Assembly: GCA_965237525.1 (NCBI GenBank)
Contig: CBDEFO010000004.1
Span: 480,001 to 544,000, forward strand
Source of the DNA: Candidatus Latescibacterota bacterium
Lineage (GTDB): Bacteria; Latescibacterota; CBDEFO01
Reading direction: 5' to 3'
Length of the DNA stretch: 64,000 bases
Shown here: positions 10,447-22,294 of the stretch, one piece after another
Numbering within the stretch: position 1 is the stretch's first letter
How the letters are laid out: every line of letters starts with the position of its first letter
Program-made: the position numbers and the translations under genes
Notes under the pieces: model-generated
The model's input: only the letters and a program-made list of their open reading frames with translations
Databases searched by the model: none
What the model was told of the DNA's origin: nothing

Positions 10447-12508
10447 CTCTTCTGCCTCTGCTCCTTGATATTCCATCTATCCCTGCTGCTTGATGTTCCT
10501 GGCAGAGCTCTGTAGGAAAGCTTTGAGGGATGAATACCTCCTCTATTTTTGTGGGACAGTAGTCGGTGGCTACATCATAGGTATCCCCACAGATCTGGAT
10601 TCTAACGACATCGGGAGACATCTGAAAGTCATTCTCCTGTAGTTCTAAGACCTCGTGAGCTTCCTTCATAAATTCGGCCCAGGGAGGGAGGGCTACGACA
10701 GAACCTGCCATCCTGTCACCGAGCGAGCGCTTTACGTCGAAGCCGATCCAGACCCCTGTCACAATATGCGGTGTAAATCCGATGAACCAGGCGTCAGTGA
10801 AATCTTGAGTCGTTCCGGTCTTTCCCCCTGCCGGACGTTTGAATCTGTAGGGATATGCCCTGGCTGCGTAGCCCGTACCCTTCTCTTCCATAACAGATTT
10901 AAGCATACTGGTCATAACCGACGCTGTCTCGGCAGAGAGAACTTCGCTTTCTGACCCTCTGTCCTCTTCGAAGATAGTTTCACCGTCTTTATCCAGGATG
11001 CGCAAAATAGAGATAGGTTCAACTCTGATGCCCTGGTTGGGGAAGACTCCGTAGGCTGATGTGATATCCAAAAGAGTGACTTCCTCTGTTCCGAGGGCAA
11101 GCGCATAGACGGGCTGAAGGGGAGTCTTGATGCCCATCTTCCTTGCGTATTGAATGGGGAGCTTGGCACCTATCTTCAAAAGGAGCTTTACGGCTACGAG
11201 GTTGCGGGACTGCTTGAGACCCTCTCTGAGGGACATTTCTCCCTTGAAGGTTCGGTCGTAATTTTGCGGACTCCACATCTTCCCATTATTAAGAGGCAGT
11301 GTGATGGGATTGTCGAGTATCTTATCAGTGGTGCGGTAGTGATTATCTATGGCAGCAGTGTATATGAAAGGCTTAAAGGCGGAGCCCGGCTGCCTTTTGG
11401 CCTGCACAGCTCTGTTGTATTTGCTCTCTTCAAAATCTCTTCCCCCGACCATAGCCAAAATCTCTCCCGTGGCTATATTTAGGGCGACCAGGGCGCCTTG
11501 AACCACGTTGACCTGGAGGGAATCGCCGATTTGAAAGAGGGTAGAATCCGGCGGGAACTTGGCACTTTCACTGTCGATTTTCCACTGTATCTGACCGAAC
11601 TTCTTGGATACGGCGCGTTCGGCTATACTTTGGAGCCTGGAATCGAGTGCTGTATAGACAGAAAGACCACTTTCGTATATAGCGGAGTATCCGTATTTTG
11701 CCTCCAGATGTTGCCTTACATGTTCGGTGAAATAGGGGGCAAGGCCTTCATCCTCTTGAGGGTCGTTGAACCTCAAGGGAGCCCTTTGGGCCTCTTTTGT
11801 CTCTTGGCGGGATATCTTCCCGGCGGATGACATAGCACGCAGAACTGTATTTCTGCGAATCAATCCATCTTTACGGCTATCTGAGTAATCTGAGGGACGC
11901 TGCAAGAGTCCAGCTAAATACGCGCACTCCTCAAGAGAGAGGTCCTGGACATCTTTGGCAAAGTAAAATCCGGATGCGAATTGAACACCGTAGCACCCGT
12001 TACCGAAGTACTGCTCGTTGAGATACATCTGGACTATCTCTTTTTTAGTGTAGGTCCTTTCGATTCTCACAGATGTTATAGCTTCTTTGATCTTTCGTGC
12101 CAGGGTCTTTTCAGGAGTCAGAAAGAGTCTCCTTGCAAGTTGCTGTGTAAGTGTGCTGGCTCCCTGTTTGATCTGTGCTGAAGTCAGGTTTATCCACACC
12201 GCTCTGGCGATGTCTCTTAAAGAGATGCCCCAGTGATCCCAGAACCTCTCGTCTTCTATAGATACGACTGCATCCACCAGGTTCTGTGGAAGCTGTTCGT
12301 AGAACACAGGCTCTCTCTTCTCAACGGCGAACTCTTTTAAGACTACACCGTCAGAGGAATAAATTCTGGTAGTGAGCTTGGTCTCTTCGTGTATTCTTTC
12401 GAGACGTTCTAAGCCGGGCAGACCTCTGCTGAAATAGACGACTGCGACAGATAGAACTAAAAGATATATTATGGAAGACGTAAGAGCGTAGAGCAGTGTC
12501 CTTTTCAT
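10433..12508 (-). CDS. mrcA: class A penicillin-binding protein (PBP1A family)
   Basis: transglycosylase motifs EDERF and GASTLTQQ; transpeptidase motifs SAFK, SRN, KTGT. Confidence 0.93.
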   Translation of the reverse strand: MKRTLLYALTSSIIYLLVLSVAVVYFSRGLPGLERLERIHEETKLTTRIYSSDGVVLKEFAVEKREPVFYEQLPQNLVDAVVSIEDERFWDHWGISLRDIARAVWINLTSAQIKQGASTLTQQLARRLFLTPEKTLARKIKEAITSVRIERTYTKKEIVQMYLNEQYFGNGCYGVQFASGFYFAKDVQDLSLEECAYLAGLLQRPSDYSDSRKDGLIRRNTVLRAMSSAGKISRQETKEAQRAPLRFNDPQEDEGLAPYFTEHVRQHLEAKYGYSAIYESGLSVYTALDSRLQSIAERAVSKKFGQIQWKIDSESAKFPPDSTLFQIGDSLQVNVVQGALVALNIATGEILAMVGGRDFEESKYNRAVQAKRQPGSAFKPFIYTAAIDNHYRTTDKILDNPITLPLNNGKMWSPQNYDRTFKGEMSLREGLKQSRNLVAVKLLLKIGAKLPIQYARKMGIKTPLQPVYALALGTEEVTLLDITSAYGVFPNQGIRVEPISILRILDKDGETIFEEDRGSESEVLSAETASVMTSMLKSVMEEKGTGYAARAYPYRFKRPAGGKTGTTQDFTDAWFIGFTPHIVTGVWIGFDVKRSLGDRMAGSVVALPPWAEFMKEAHEVLELQENDFQMSPDVVRIQICGDTYDVATDYCPTKIEEVFIPQSFPTELCQEHQAAGIDGISRSRGRRANVF

Positions 12509-12782
12509 TGCAGTTCCCCTTTGTGGGGTATAGAAGGATTTCTTGGCAAAATTGGAGATGTAAAAGCGTTCTTCTTTAAATTGTACTTACTTATGGCAAT
12601 AAGTCAAGGACATTTTAGAAATGTTCCAACTGTTTACTTTCCACTTCGTGGCTTGCTGCCTACTCAACAGAGTGGACACTCCACCTATCTATAAGAATTA
12701 CAATATATTGAGCTATTCCATGCCAAAGAAACTTTGTCCAAGAGGATCAAATTAGTTCACAGTGATCGGAAGGTCAGAGCCT

Positions 12783-14012
12783 ATGATGAGTCTAAACGAA
12801 CAGCTGGACATCATAAAAAAAGGGACAGAGGAGATCATCCCTGAGGACGATTTAGTAACGAAGTTAGAACGATCTATAAAGACTAATACGCCCCTGGTAG
12901 TGAAAACTGGGTTTGATCCCACCGCTCCCGATATACATATCGGAAACGCTGTGCCGATAAGGAAGATGAAACATTTTCAGGATTTGGGACACGAAGTTGT
13001 GTTCATGATCGGGGATTTTACAGGGATGATCGGCGACCCGAGCCAAAAGGACGCTACCAGAAAACGCCTTTCAAGGCGAGAGATCCTAAAAAACGCACAA
13101 ACCTACAAGGAACAGGTGTTCAAGATCTTAGATCCCCGAAAGACGAGGGTCGAGTTCAACAGCAAGTGGTGCAGAGCCTTGAAGATTGAGGATATGCTGG
13201 AGTTGGCCTCCAAGTACACTGTTGCCAGGATGATCGAAAGGGACGATTTTTTAGAGCGCTATCAGACGGGAAAGCCGATTACCATTTTAGAGTTTATGTA
13301 TCCTCTGCTTCAGGGCTACGATTCGGTGGCACTCAAGGCAGACGTGGAATTGGGCGGGACAGATCAGAAATTCAACCTCTTGGTCGCAAGGGAGATTCAA
13401 AGAGAGTACGGTCAGGAGCCGGAGGTGTTTATCACTATGCCCCTTTTGGTGGGCCTGGACGGCACCCTGAAGATGAGCAAGAGCCTGGGAAACTACATAG
13501 GCATCACTGAGCCGCCAGAGCAAATATACGGAAAGACAATGTCTATTTCAGATGAGCTTATCTATCGTTATTTTAAGATCGCTCTGGGAACAGAGACATC
13601 AGAAGGGGAGCTTGAGGACATAGAGAGACGTCTGAACGACGCCAGCCTAAATCCAATGGATGTGAAGAGGGAACTTGCGCGACAGCTTGTAAGCCTGTAT
13701 TACGATAAGAGCGCAGCCCAAGATGCGGAGAGGGAATTCAACAGAGTATTCAAAGAGCAGAAACTCCCTGAGAACATCCCCCAACATCAGGTGCCGGAGG
13801 ATTCGATATGGGTTGTGAAACTTGTTAAGGATTTAGGCTTTGCCAGAACGAACACAGAGGCAAGGAGACTAATCAAAGGGGGAGGCCTGAGCATCGATGG
13901 GGAGAGAATATCGAATCCTGATGCGGATATCAGTTTTAAAGGAGGGGAGATAGTAAAGGCAGGCAAGAGGAGATTTGCAAGGATATTAAAACCCAACCGC
14001 ACAGACAAATAA
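12783..14012 (+). CDS. tyrS: tyrosine--tRNA ligase
   Basis: [24 protein letters not shown]-terminal S4 domain. Confidence 0.97.
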   Translation: MMSLNEQLDIIKKGTEEIIPEDDLVTKLERSIKTNTPLVVKTGFDPTAPDIHIGNAVPIRKMKHFQDLGHEVVFMIGDFTGMIGDPSQKDATRKRLSRREILKNAQTYKEQVFKILDPRKTRVEFNSKWCRALKIEDMLELASKYTVARMIERDDFLERYQTGKPITILEFMYPLLQGYDSVALKADVELGGTDQKFNLLVAREIQREYGQEPEVFITMPLLVGLDGTLKMSKSLGNYIGITEPPEQIYGKTMSISDELIYRYFKIALGTETSEGELEDIERRLNDASLNPMDVKRELARQLVSLYYDKSAAQDAEREFNRVFKEQKLPENIPQHQVPEDSIWVVKLVKDLGFARTNTEARRLIKGGGLSIDGERISNPDADISFKGGEIVKAGKRRFARILKPNRTDK

Positions 14013-14028
14013 TATGTATGTTTAAACA

Positions 14029-14131
14029 CAGGGGCGGGGTAACCGCCCCTACTATGTCAGCTCTATATCTGTAGGGGCAGACCCGTGTGTCTGCCCTGAA
14101 AATACGGGCGAACACATGGGTTCTCCCGTAC
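14029..14131. repeat. GTAGGGGC-type REP cluster/REPIN; relatives at 2371-2389, 56635-56703, 59337-59359
   Basis: GTAGGGGCAGACCCGTGTGTCTGCCC plus an inverted partner, between convergent genes. Confidence 0.75.
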
Positions 14132-14151
14132 TACAAGAAGCAGATTATACT

Positions 14152-15009
14152 CTATTTCGAAAAACTGATCTGATCGTCAAGGAGCATCAACGCAGACCAC
14201 GTAGTGACATCTGTCCGGGTGGGGTCTAATTCGTTCAAGTACTCCTGGAACGAGGCGCGCTCCTCATCTGTTTCGGGTCCAGCTTCTGAAACGCTTCTGT
14301 TGAAACCTGCAATCTCATCCTCTGTTTTCCCGGACTTTTGAAAAACCCAGTCTCCTAATTCTATATCGCTTGGATTGTTCACAGCCGCACGGGCAAAATC
14401 TTCTGCCGAGATGCCCAGAAACTCCAAAAGAGGTTTCTCGCCCTCGGAGTCATCGCCGTAATTATATTCTCCCAAGAGACCCGCGTTCGCAGCTCTGGCT
14501 TTGTCCGCCGCACGGGCAGCCCAGGCAATTCCTGCTACGTCGGTGCAATAGGGGGTGCGCGGCGGTTGTTCGGTGAGATCAAGTCTATAAAAGTTGCCCC
14601 AATCGTCCAGTTCTATAGACTGAACCCCTGTCTTGATATCTGTTCTTCCGGGGGCGTACTTTTCTATGCGCTCCTGGAGCAGGGCGCGATGCATCTCATC
14701 ATACGGTTCGCGCGACAGTTCGGCCTCATTGAAGGCGGCGATCTCGCCTTCGTTTTTCCCCGATTTTTGGAGCACCCACTCACTTATGCCAGCGTCGTCG
14801 TATTTTTCAACGGCTTCTGCGAATTCCGCGGCTGAGATCCCCAGAAAATTCAAAACGTTCATGTCCGATCCGGAAGCTTCCCCGTACACATATTCGCCCA
14901 ACATCCCTCTGTTGGCCGCTCTTGCCTTGTCCGTCATTCTAGCAAGTCCGACGATACCTGCCATCGTTACGTTCGATGGACGACGTGGAGGCTGTCTTGT
15001 CAAATCCAT
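14152..15009 (-). CDS. DUF5069-like protein with an internally duplicated domain
   Basis: two repeats of DLTxQPPRxP...AGI..xAR..DKARAAN.G.LGEY.YG...FLGISA. Confidence 0.75.
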   Translation of the reverse strand: MDLTRQPPRRPSNVTMAGIVGLARMTDKARAANRGMLGEYVYGEASGSDMNVLNFLGISAAEFAEAVEKYDDAGISEWVLQKSGKNEGEIAAFNEAELSREPYDEMHRALLQERIEKYAPGRTDIKTGVQSIELDDWGNFYRLDLTEQPPRTPYCTDVAGIAWAARAADKARAANAGLLGEYNYGDDSEGEKPLLEFLGISAEDFARAAVNNPSDIELGDWVFQKSGKTEDEIAGFNRSVSEAGPETDEERASFQEYLNELDPTRTDVTTWSALMLLDDQISFSK

Positions 15010-15160
15010 TCTTTACATCCTTTCCAATTGAGATTTTGGGCTGTTACGATCCTGAAAATTAACTTATAGGAGATCTGCTGTCCTCTCTAAGAAGGTCGAT
15101 TTGTATTAATGATACACATAGGAAGGGATTTACACAAGAAAAAAATATAGACAAACCTAA

Positions 15161-16679
15161 AAGCCTTGTGAAATAGTTATGTCCCAGGCAGCGTCTGAAG
15201 CGCCGATTATGGGTCAAAGAGTAGCATATCGTATCGTTTTGCTGTGGAATAAGCAAAATAGTCTTATCAGAGTTCTGGTCAGCAAGGAACAGGAGCTGTT
15301 TGAAGAACAGGATGCACTGTCTTTGACAGACAGGGCACACATAGACGCTTTCCCCCTTCTTATGAAAGATACAAGCCTCTTGAGATTCTGTACTGTTGCA
15401 ACAAGATTCAACTGTTCATTCAGTGAGGCTGGTCCTCTGTAACGGGCTCGTCCCATACCGTGTTGTTGCCTGGCTTCAGCAAAGATATGTTCACTGCGTT
15501 TACGGAGTCTCCGGGAGAGTTTGTAGTCAGCTGTTAATGAGATAGACCGTGCATGATTTCTGGCTTTCGCCTCTCGCACTTTTCTATCCCGTTCGGCCTG
15601 AATATGTGCTGGATTTGTCTTGTTTTTCCATGTAGGAATCGGTTCAATCTTCTCATCGGCTCGCAGAGGAATATGGGGTATGATTCCCCGGTCAAGTACA
15701 TCAGCGATAAAATTACCAGAACCGTAACCGGTATCGGCACTAAGTGTCTGAATGTCTTTGGGCATGGTGTATGTTTCAAGGTCATCTACCATCTTAAGGG
15801 CACTTTCGGGCTCTGCTGTCCCTGTCGCCTGCGTGCCCTGAGTCTCAAGGATTACTCTGCTTTTTGTGTCGATCAGATCATGGCCCATAAACGAGAGAAA
15901 AGCCCCTTTGCCCTTCGATTTGCTGTATAAGCGCGCGTCGGGGTCTGTAGTCGAACGGTGTGTTTGGTTCGTCCACTTTTCACCATGAAAGTCTTTATCC
16001 TGAGGATGCCCGGACCTACCCTTTGTCTTATCACCTTCAAAACCGATTCCCTTGAGATAATCATCAAGAGAAACAGGGGGTTCTATCGGCTCAATACTTT
16101 TCACTGAAGCATCAGCTTGTATCTGAGTGCCGTCGACACTAAGGTGTTTACCGCTCACAAGACCGACATCTATGCAACACTGGACTACCTGACGCATTAT
16201 CCGTTCAAACAACCCACTGGATGCCCACTTGTGATTGCGAAGCTTGTTGATCGTGCTCCTATCCGGAACCGCATCATCAAATGTCTGATGACAAAACAAC
16301 CGATATGCCGCATGCATCCCCACTTCCTGACAGAGCCGATTCTCACTCAAATTATACAGATAGCCAATAAGGATCATTCGAACAACTAATTCAGGATCAA
16401 TACCGGGTCTGCCATTGTCAGGGCAATAACAATCTGATACAACGTCTCGTACAAATGAAAAATCAACTGCCTCATCAATCTGACGAAGGATATGGTCCTC
16501 GGGAACTAAATCCTCCATCTGAAAATAGTGAAACATCGGATTTGTCTGTTCCTGCTTTTGTGGGGTCATTGTTTCCTCCATGTATAATATTATCAATAAC
16601 ATAATATAATACATCGGAGCTGCTTTATCAATGCTTGTTTTATACTATTTTCTGAATCTAAGGGTTTTTCACAAGGCTT
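15161..16679 (-). mobile_element. IS1182-family IS, copy 2
   Basis: same TIRs as copy 1; CTAA duplicated at 15157-15160 and 16680-16683. Confidence 0.9.
15214..16569 (-). CDS. IS1182-family transposase
   Basis: protein identical to copy 1. Confidence 0.9.
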   Translation of the reverse strand: MTPQKQEQTNPMFHYFQMEDLVPEDHILRQIDEAVDFSFVRDVVSDCYCPDNGRPGIDPELVVRMILIGYLYNLSENRLCQEVGMHAAYRLFCHQTFDDAVPDRSTINKLRNHKWASSGLFERIMRQVVQCCIDVGLVSGKHLSVDGTQIQADASVKSIEPIEPPVSLDDYLKGIGFEGDKTKGRSGHPQDKDFHGEKWTNQTHRSTTDPDARLYSKSKGKGAFLSFMGHDLIDTKSRVILETQGTQATGTAEPESALKMVDDLETYTMPKDIQTLSADTGYGSGNFIADVLDRGIIPHIPLRADEKIEPIPTWKNKTNPAHIQAERDRKVREAKARNHARSISLTADYKLSRRLRKRSEHIFAEARQQHGMGRARYRGPASLNEQLNLVATVQNLKRLVSFIRRGKASMCALSVKDSASCSSNSSCSLLTRTLIRLFCLFHSKTIRYATL

Positions 16680-16784
16680 CTAACGTCGGTAAAAACTTGA
16701 CATCGGCTGAGCAATTCGTATATTATTCCAGTCCGGTAGAATATTATCCGCCTTTCAAAGAACACATAGAGACAGGAGCAGACG

Positions 16785-18799
16785 ATGCCGGGCGACATTC
16801 CCATAGGAAACGGGGATCTTCTAATAACATTCGATAAATCCTACCAGTTGAGAGACATTTACTACCCTTACGTGGGACAGGAGAAGCACACGGAAGGACA
16901 TTCCTTTAAGTTCGGAGCCTGGGTCGACGGACAATTCAGCTGGATAGATGACGTATGGGACCTGTCGCACAAATACCTTCCAGAGACACTGATAACCGAT
17001 GTGGTGGCCAAGAACGATCGGCTTAAGCTTGAACTTTATATTGGCGATACTGTGCATTTCCACGAACATATCTACATAAAGAAGATCAAAATCGTGAATC
17101 TGGAAAATAAAAAAAGACACGGGAGACTCTTTTTCGGACATGATTTCCACATATATGGAAGCGTTGTTGGGGATACGGCTTACTACGATCCTGTGGGGAA
17201 ATCTATAGTTCACTACAAGGGGGAAAGGTACTTCAGGATGTGCTGTTCGGACTCCCAGAAGATAGGTATAGATCAGTTTGCCACAGGAAAGAAGGAGGTG
17301 GGTGGGGCAAAAGGCACCTGGAAAGATGCGGAAGACGGACACCTTGGGGGAAATGCAATAGAACAAGGAGCTGTGGATTCGACATTAGGATTTCATATAG
17401 ATGTTCCGGAAAAAGGCCAGAACACGGCCTATTACTAGATGGTTGTGGGTCGAAGATGGGCTGACGTAGATCGCCTTTATAACAGGGTCGTTGAGAAGTC
17501 GCATGAGGAATTGATAAAAAGGACAGGCGCTTACTGGAGACTCTGGGTAAACAAGGAGGACTTCAGCTACAAGGATCTTCCCCAGAAAATTGTCGACCTT
17601 TTCAAAAGGAGCCTGTTAATTTTGAGGACCCAGATTGACAACCGGGGAGCCATAATCGCCGCCAATGACAGCGACATACTGCATTTTTCAAGGGACACCT
17701 ATTCGTATATGTGGCCTAGGGACGGGGCATTGGTGGCAACCACTCTCATAAAGACGGGATATTCTGAGATCTCAAGGAGATTCTTCGAATTCTGCTACCA
17801 CGCGATAAGGAAAGATGGATACTTCCTGCACAAATATAGCCCCGACGGTTCTGTGGCAAGCTCCTGGCACCCCTGGACGAAGGACGGCAAGCTTGAGCTT
17901 CCGATACAGGAGGACGAGACCGCGCTTGTAGTCTAGGCGCTCTGGGAGCACTTCAACAAATTCAGGGACATAGAGTTCATAAAGCCCTTGTACAGGAGAT
18001 TGGTAACATCGGCTGCGGAATTTATGGTAAGATTCAGGGATGAGGAGACCAAGCTTCCCCTTGAGTCTTACGATCTGTGGGAGGAGCGTCACGGGGTTCA
18101 TGCATATACGGTGGGAGCCGTGTGTGGAGGGTTGAAGGCCGCCGCCAAGTTCGCATCTGCCTTCGGAGAAGACGCCCTTGCAGAAAAATAGAATAGGGCC
18201 TTTGAAGAGATAAAGAAAGCCGCGATCAAATACATGTACGACAAAAAGTACAATCGCTTCTGTCGGACAGCCGTTAGAAACGATGACGGATACGATCTTG
18301 ACATGACCATAGATGCCAGCATGTACGGCCTTTTCAGATTCGGAGCTTTTCCTCCCGACGATCCGAAAATTGTATCCAGTATGAAGCTATAAGGGACAGA
18401 CTCTGGGTAAAGATTAATGTGGGCGGAGTAGCCAGATATGAGAACGACTACTACCATCAGATAAGCCAGAATATAGATAATGTCCCTGGAAATCCCTGGT
18501 TCATTTGCACGATGTGGCTTGCAGAATGGTACATAGCGACTGCCAGAAAAGTAGATGACCTTAAGACGGCAGTGGACATAATGGAGTGGGTCGCGGACAG
18601 AACACTTGAGTCGGGAGTCTTGGCAGAGCAGGTTCATCCTCACACAAATGAGCCGCTGTCCGTCTCCCCTTTGACCTGGAGTCATGCTACAGTCGTTATG
18701 GTTGTGATGAGCTATCTTGAGAAGCTCGAGGCGCTCACTATGGGAGATGTACTGAAAAAGAGCATATACAGGCACAGACTAATATCGGGCATAGAGTAG
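16785..18799 (+). pseudogene. glycoside hydrolase family 15 (glucoamylase-like), disrupted
   Basis: YSYMWPRDG, QEDET, DLWEE, LAEQ and PLTWSHA motifs; in-frame TAGs at 17436, 17934, 18189; 1-bp frameshift near 18385. Confidence 0.88.
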
Positions 18800-19158
18800 T
18801 ATCTTATCGCTTCACGCTCCCTGTTTTTGCCCTCTGATCCTACCGACTTGTGGTGGACTGAAATGAACCTGCTATAACTTTTGTCTGTTTCTTTTCTACC
18901 TTTCTACTGTAAGATCCAGTTCACCGAAATATCTCTTGAATACCGAAAATTTCCGCTATTCTCCAAGAAATACCATCATATTAACGTCAGAGATTTCTGG
19001 CCATAAATTCCGTTTTACCATCGGATTCTATCTCTTATTTTGAACGGACAGCATCATCAGCACAGAAATCCATGGTCTCACGAATAATTTTGCGTGACAG
19101 CATATATCTAAACGTTCAGGTGGTCAAGAGAATCTGCTCCTTTTTTCAAAACCCTTCT

Positions 19159-19570
19159 TCAGTCTTGCTTCATAATCTCTGAACTTTCGCTAACCTCTCT
19201 CTTTCTTAAAGGAGCACGAAGATCATCCGGTGCAGATGTCGTGCCCTTAAGGTATTCTTTCTGGATATGGGAGTAGATCGTTGTGGAGTGGATATCCAAA
19301 TCTCCCATGATTCCTTGCAGGACCTTGAGGTTCACATGTGCCATCCAAAGCTATGGCGATGTGTATGTATAGTGGCATTTTTGCCATCTGCCCTTTTACA
19401 GACACGCTTGAAACTTTTCGAGAGATTGCCCTGATCATGATGTGTACTGTTACGGGTGACCCAAAGAATGGCCAACATGCTTTCTGCATCATGCTTCTGT
19501 GTGCTGGATTAAGGGCCGTTTCTATAGCTTAGGATGTCTCGGTTCCACCTACTTTCTTCTTCGTCATCCA
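19159..19570 (-). pseudogene. tyrosine recombinase/integrase C-terminal remnant
   Basis: NLKVLQGIMGDLDIHSTTIYSH resembles box II (LGH...TT.IY.H); fragmented. Confidence 0.55.
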
Positions 19571-20025
19571 ACTACCTCCTTGCCTGTAAAAGCAGTCGTA
19601 CCGATCTAAACATCTGCAGCCTCATTTTCAACTGAAAGGGGTATTACAACGGTTTTTGACTGAGAACTTTTCATTGACAAACACTATTTTCTTCCTTATC
19701 TTCAGTTGATCCTCGATTGAACCTGTCGGGGACTATCCGTGTGCCTTCAGCACTTCGCAGACACAGAGATAGTTGTGAGACCTCCCTGCAATTCATTGAA
19801 GACCTGAGTGAAAGCATGTCGCCTACCGCCTTCGTGGCTGCTGTATGGGCTCAGTTTAGGTGTTCAGCGAGGGCGTGCAGCGGGGTTCGCTACCCGGTTT
19901 TTTCTGGAGACTATCAGAAGGCGCAAGCAGTCCTGGAACCTCCGTATGGGGGTCCCAAGTAGCTTTCACGTTCCTGAAGGAGGTAAACCCGCGTTGGAAA
20001 CTGACCTGGGAGGGGAGAACACCAG

Positions 20026-20973
20026 ATGAAGGTTCTTTTAACAGGAGGCAGCGGCAGGCTCGGTGGCTATGCACTGCGAGAGTTACTCGGCGCCGGGCAT
20101 ACTGTCTCGAGCTTCGGTCGCCGAGAGCCGCTGGTGCCCGGTGCGCGATTCATTCAGGGTGACATCATGGAGGGGGAGCAACTGCGGCAGATCTGTCCGG
20201 GCCACGACGCCATATTACACCTGGCCGCTGTCACCGGATTGGGCCTGGTCACGCCCGAGCAGATGATGCACGGCAATATCATCGGGACGCTTCGCGTTCT
20301 CGAGGCGGCCGTGGCGGCGGGTGTGGCCAAAGTTGTGTTCGCGTCTTCAGCTGCAGCCGCGGGTATAACGTTCGCGAAAAATCAGATCATCCCGCGCTAT
20401 TTTCCTATCGATGAGGAGCACCCCTGCGAGCCGCAGGACGAATACGGTCTTAGCAAACTGCTGGGTGAACTCACGTGCAAGCGGTACTCAGATGCGTACG
20501 GCATTCATACCATCTGCCTGCGCCTGGGAAACAACTGGTATGTGGATCGGGAAGGGGCCGAAGTGGCAGTTCGCTCAGGAGGCGGCACTGTGCGATTCGC
20601 CTCCGTGGAAGAGATGTGGACGGAATACCAGCTCCGCAGGCAGGACCCCGAAAGGGGAAAACCGCCAGGTCCAAAGGTGCTCTGGGACGTCACGGACGCC
20701 AGAGATACCGGCGTTGCCTGCCGGTTGGCGCTGGAGAACGACGAAATCGTCCATGACGTCTTCCAGATTCTCGGCAATGAAGTCTACACCGTCCAAGAGA
20801 CTGCGCAACTCGTTGCCCGTTATTATCCGAACGTCCCGCTAAAGACCCCCCTGCACGGGCATTGTTCCCTCTGGTCACATGAACGGGCAACCCTCATGTT
20901 GAATTACCGGCCGCAGGGATGGCGGAACAGCGATTTAGAAAGCTGGTTGGAGGAACGTGGTGATCCTATTTGA
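20026..20973 (+). CDS. NAD-dependent epimerase/dehydratase (extended SDR)
   Basis: TGGSGRLG, HLAA, ASS, YGLSK. Confidence 0.9.
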   Translation: MKVLLTGGSGRLGGYALRELLGAGHTVSSFGRREPLVPGARFIQGDIMEGEQLRQICPGHDAILHLAAVTGLGLVTPEQMMHGNIIGTLRVLEAAVAAGVAKVVFASSAAAAGITFAKNQIIPRYFPIDEEHPCEPQDEYGLSKLLGELTCKRYSDAYGIHTICLRLGNNWYVDREGAEVAVRSGGGTVRFASVEEMWTEYQLRRQDPERGKPPGPKVLWDVTDARDTGVACRLALENDEIVHDVFQILGNEVYTVQETAQLVARYYPNVPLKTPLHGHCSLWSHERATLMLNYRPQGWRNSDLESWLEERGDPI

Positions 20974-22162
20974 CTACGATAAAGCAGTGCATCTGATGAA
21001 GCAGTGGGGCGTGGACGTGCTTTTGCCCCACACACTCTTGAACGCAGGCTACCTGGCCGACCACTGGAAGCACGACTTGTACACCAGCATCGGGCCGTGG
21101 ACCACCTTTGACCGGGACGAGCCCTATCAGCTCTTCGTCGGGCTGCCGCAGGACCGGAAGATCGAGCCGTTCGTCACCTGCCGTCGGGCCAGTGAAGAGG
21201 GTGACATGTACAACTGGGACGTCTGGATCGAAGATCGTCGCGTCTGGGGTCCCGACGTGCCGATGCGCTCCACCAACAGCCCGCTCGGGCCGGCGATCAC
21301 CGAACCCTACTTAGATCCCTTCGACGCGGCCGCCGATGCTCTCTGCCACCGCGGTCTGGATAAGGCGACAATCGGCATCGAGCGTCGCTTTCTGGGGATC
21401 GAAGCGTACGAGAAATTGCAGGGGTTGATGCCACAGGCGCAGTTTCGTGAGGTCCTGGGCCTCTTCGACGAACTTCGGATGCTGAAGACGCCGGAGGAGA
21501 TCCGCCGAATGCGCTTCGTGGCCAAGGCCACCCAGGAGGCGTACAGGACCGCGTTCAACAGTGTCCGGGCGGGGATGACTGGCCTGGATTTCGAACGGAT
21601 CTTCGGCGCTGAACACTACCGCCGCGGCGTGCGCCACGAGTGGCTGCATACGATGATCGGGCCCCTGGGCATCGACGTGGTGGGACCGAATGCCACGCTG
21701 TTCACACCTGGCCAGACCGTTTGTGTGGACGGCGGAGCCAGCTACCGCCACTATCAGAGCGATCTGTGCATGTTCATGTCCATAGGAGAGCCCAGCACCG
21801 AGCTGCTGAAGATCTACAAGGGCATGCGACGGGCGATGGACGCAGTGCTCGAGCTGCTGCGCCCGGGAGTTAAGCTGTCGAATATCTTTGAAACCGGCAA
21901 CGGACTACTGCAGAAGGAAGGACTCGAGAGCTATCTGCAGGGCTATATCGGTCACGGCGTGGGCAGAAATGTCCACGAGGAACCGGTGCTGGGCGCCGAA
22001 AGTGATCGCGTGCTTGTGAAAGGAATGACGTTGTCCATCGAGTTCAGTACTCGCCGGGTCGAATGGGGCGCCATTGGCCTGGAAGATGGTGTGGTCATCA
22101 CAGAGGACGGGTACGAGGATCTGAGCACCATCGGGCGCGAGCTTCATGTGACAGCGGACTGA
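20957..22162 (+). CDS. M24 family (Xaa-Pro peptidase-like) metallohydrolase
   Basis: KTPEEI, D...YQSD, GHGVG..VHE, E, LED. Confidence 0.88.
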   Translation: MVILFDYDKAVHLMKQWGVDVLLPHTLLNAGYLADHWKHDLYTSIGPWTTFDRDEPYQLFVGLPQDRKIEPFVTCRRASEEGDMYNWDVWIEDRRVWGPDVPMRSTNSPLGPAITEPYLDPFDAAADALCHRGLDKATIGIERRFLGIEAYEKLQGLMPQAQFREVLGLFDELRMLKTPEEIRRMRFVAKATQEAYRTAFNSVRAGMTGLDFERIFGAEHYRRGVRHEWLHTMIGPLGIDVVGPNATLFTPGQTVCVDGGASYRHYQSDLCMFMSIGEPSTELLKIYKGMRRAMDAVLELLRPGVKLSNIFETGNGLLQKEGLESYLQGYIGHGVGRNVHEEPVLGAESDRVLVKGMTLSIEFSTRRVEWGAIGLEDGVVITEDGYEDLSTIGRELHVTAD

Positions 22163-22294
22163 CAGGATCGTCGGCCGGCGCGGGATCCGCCAGAATTAAC
22201 TTGATCATTTTTTCATCGTTCAATAAGGTACAACTGCACCCAGAATCGTCAACCTATTTTGGACAAAGCCTTGGTTCCAGAAAGGAGGCATAAT

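Noticed and set aside
17436..18191. Amber recoding or pyrrolysine read-through in the GH15 gene
   Set aside because: The same gene also has a frameshift, TAG terminates ordinary genes here, and no pyl genes are visible.
19700..20020. Riboswitch upstream of the epimerase gene
   Set aside because: Hairpins are possible, but I recognise no aptamer consensus.
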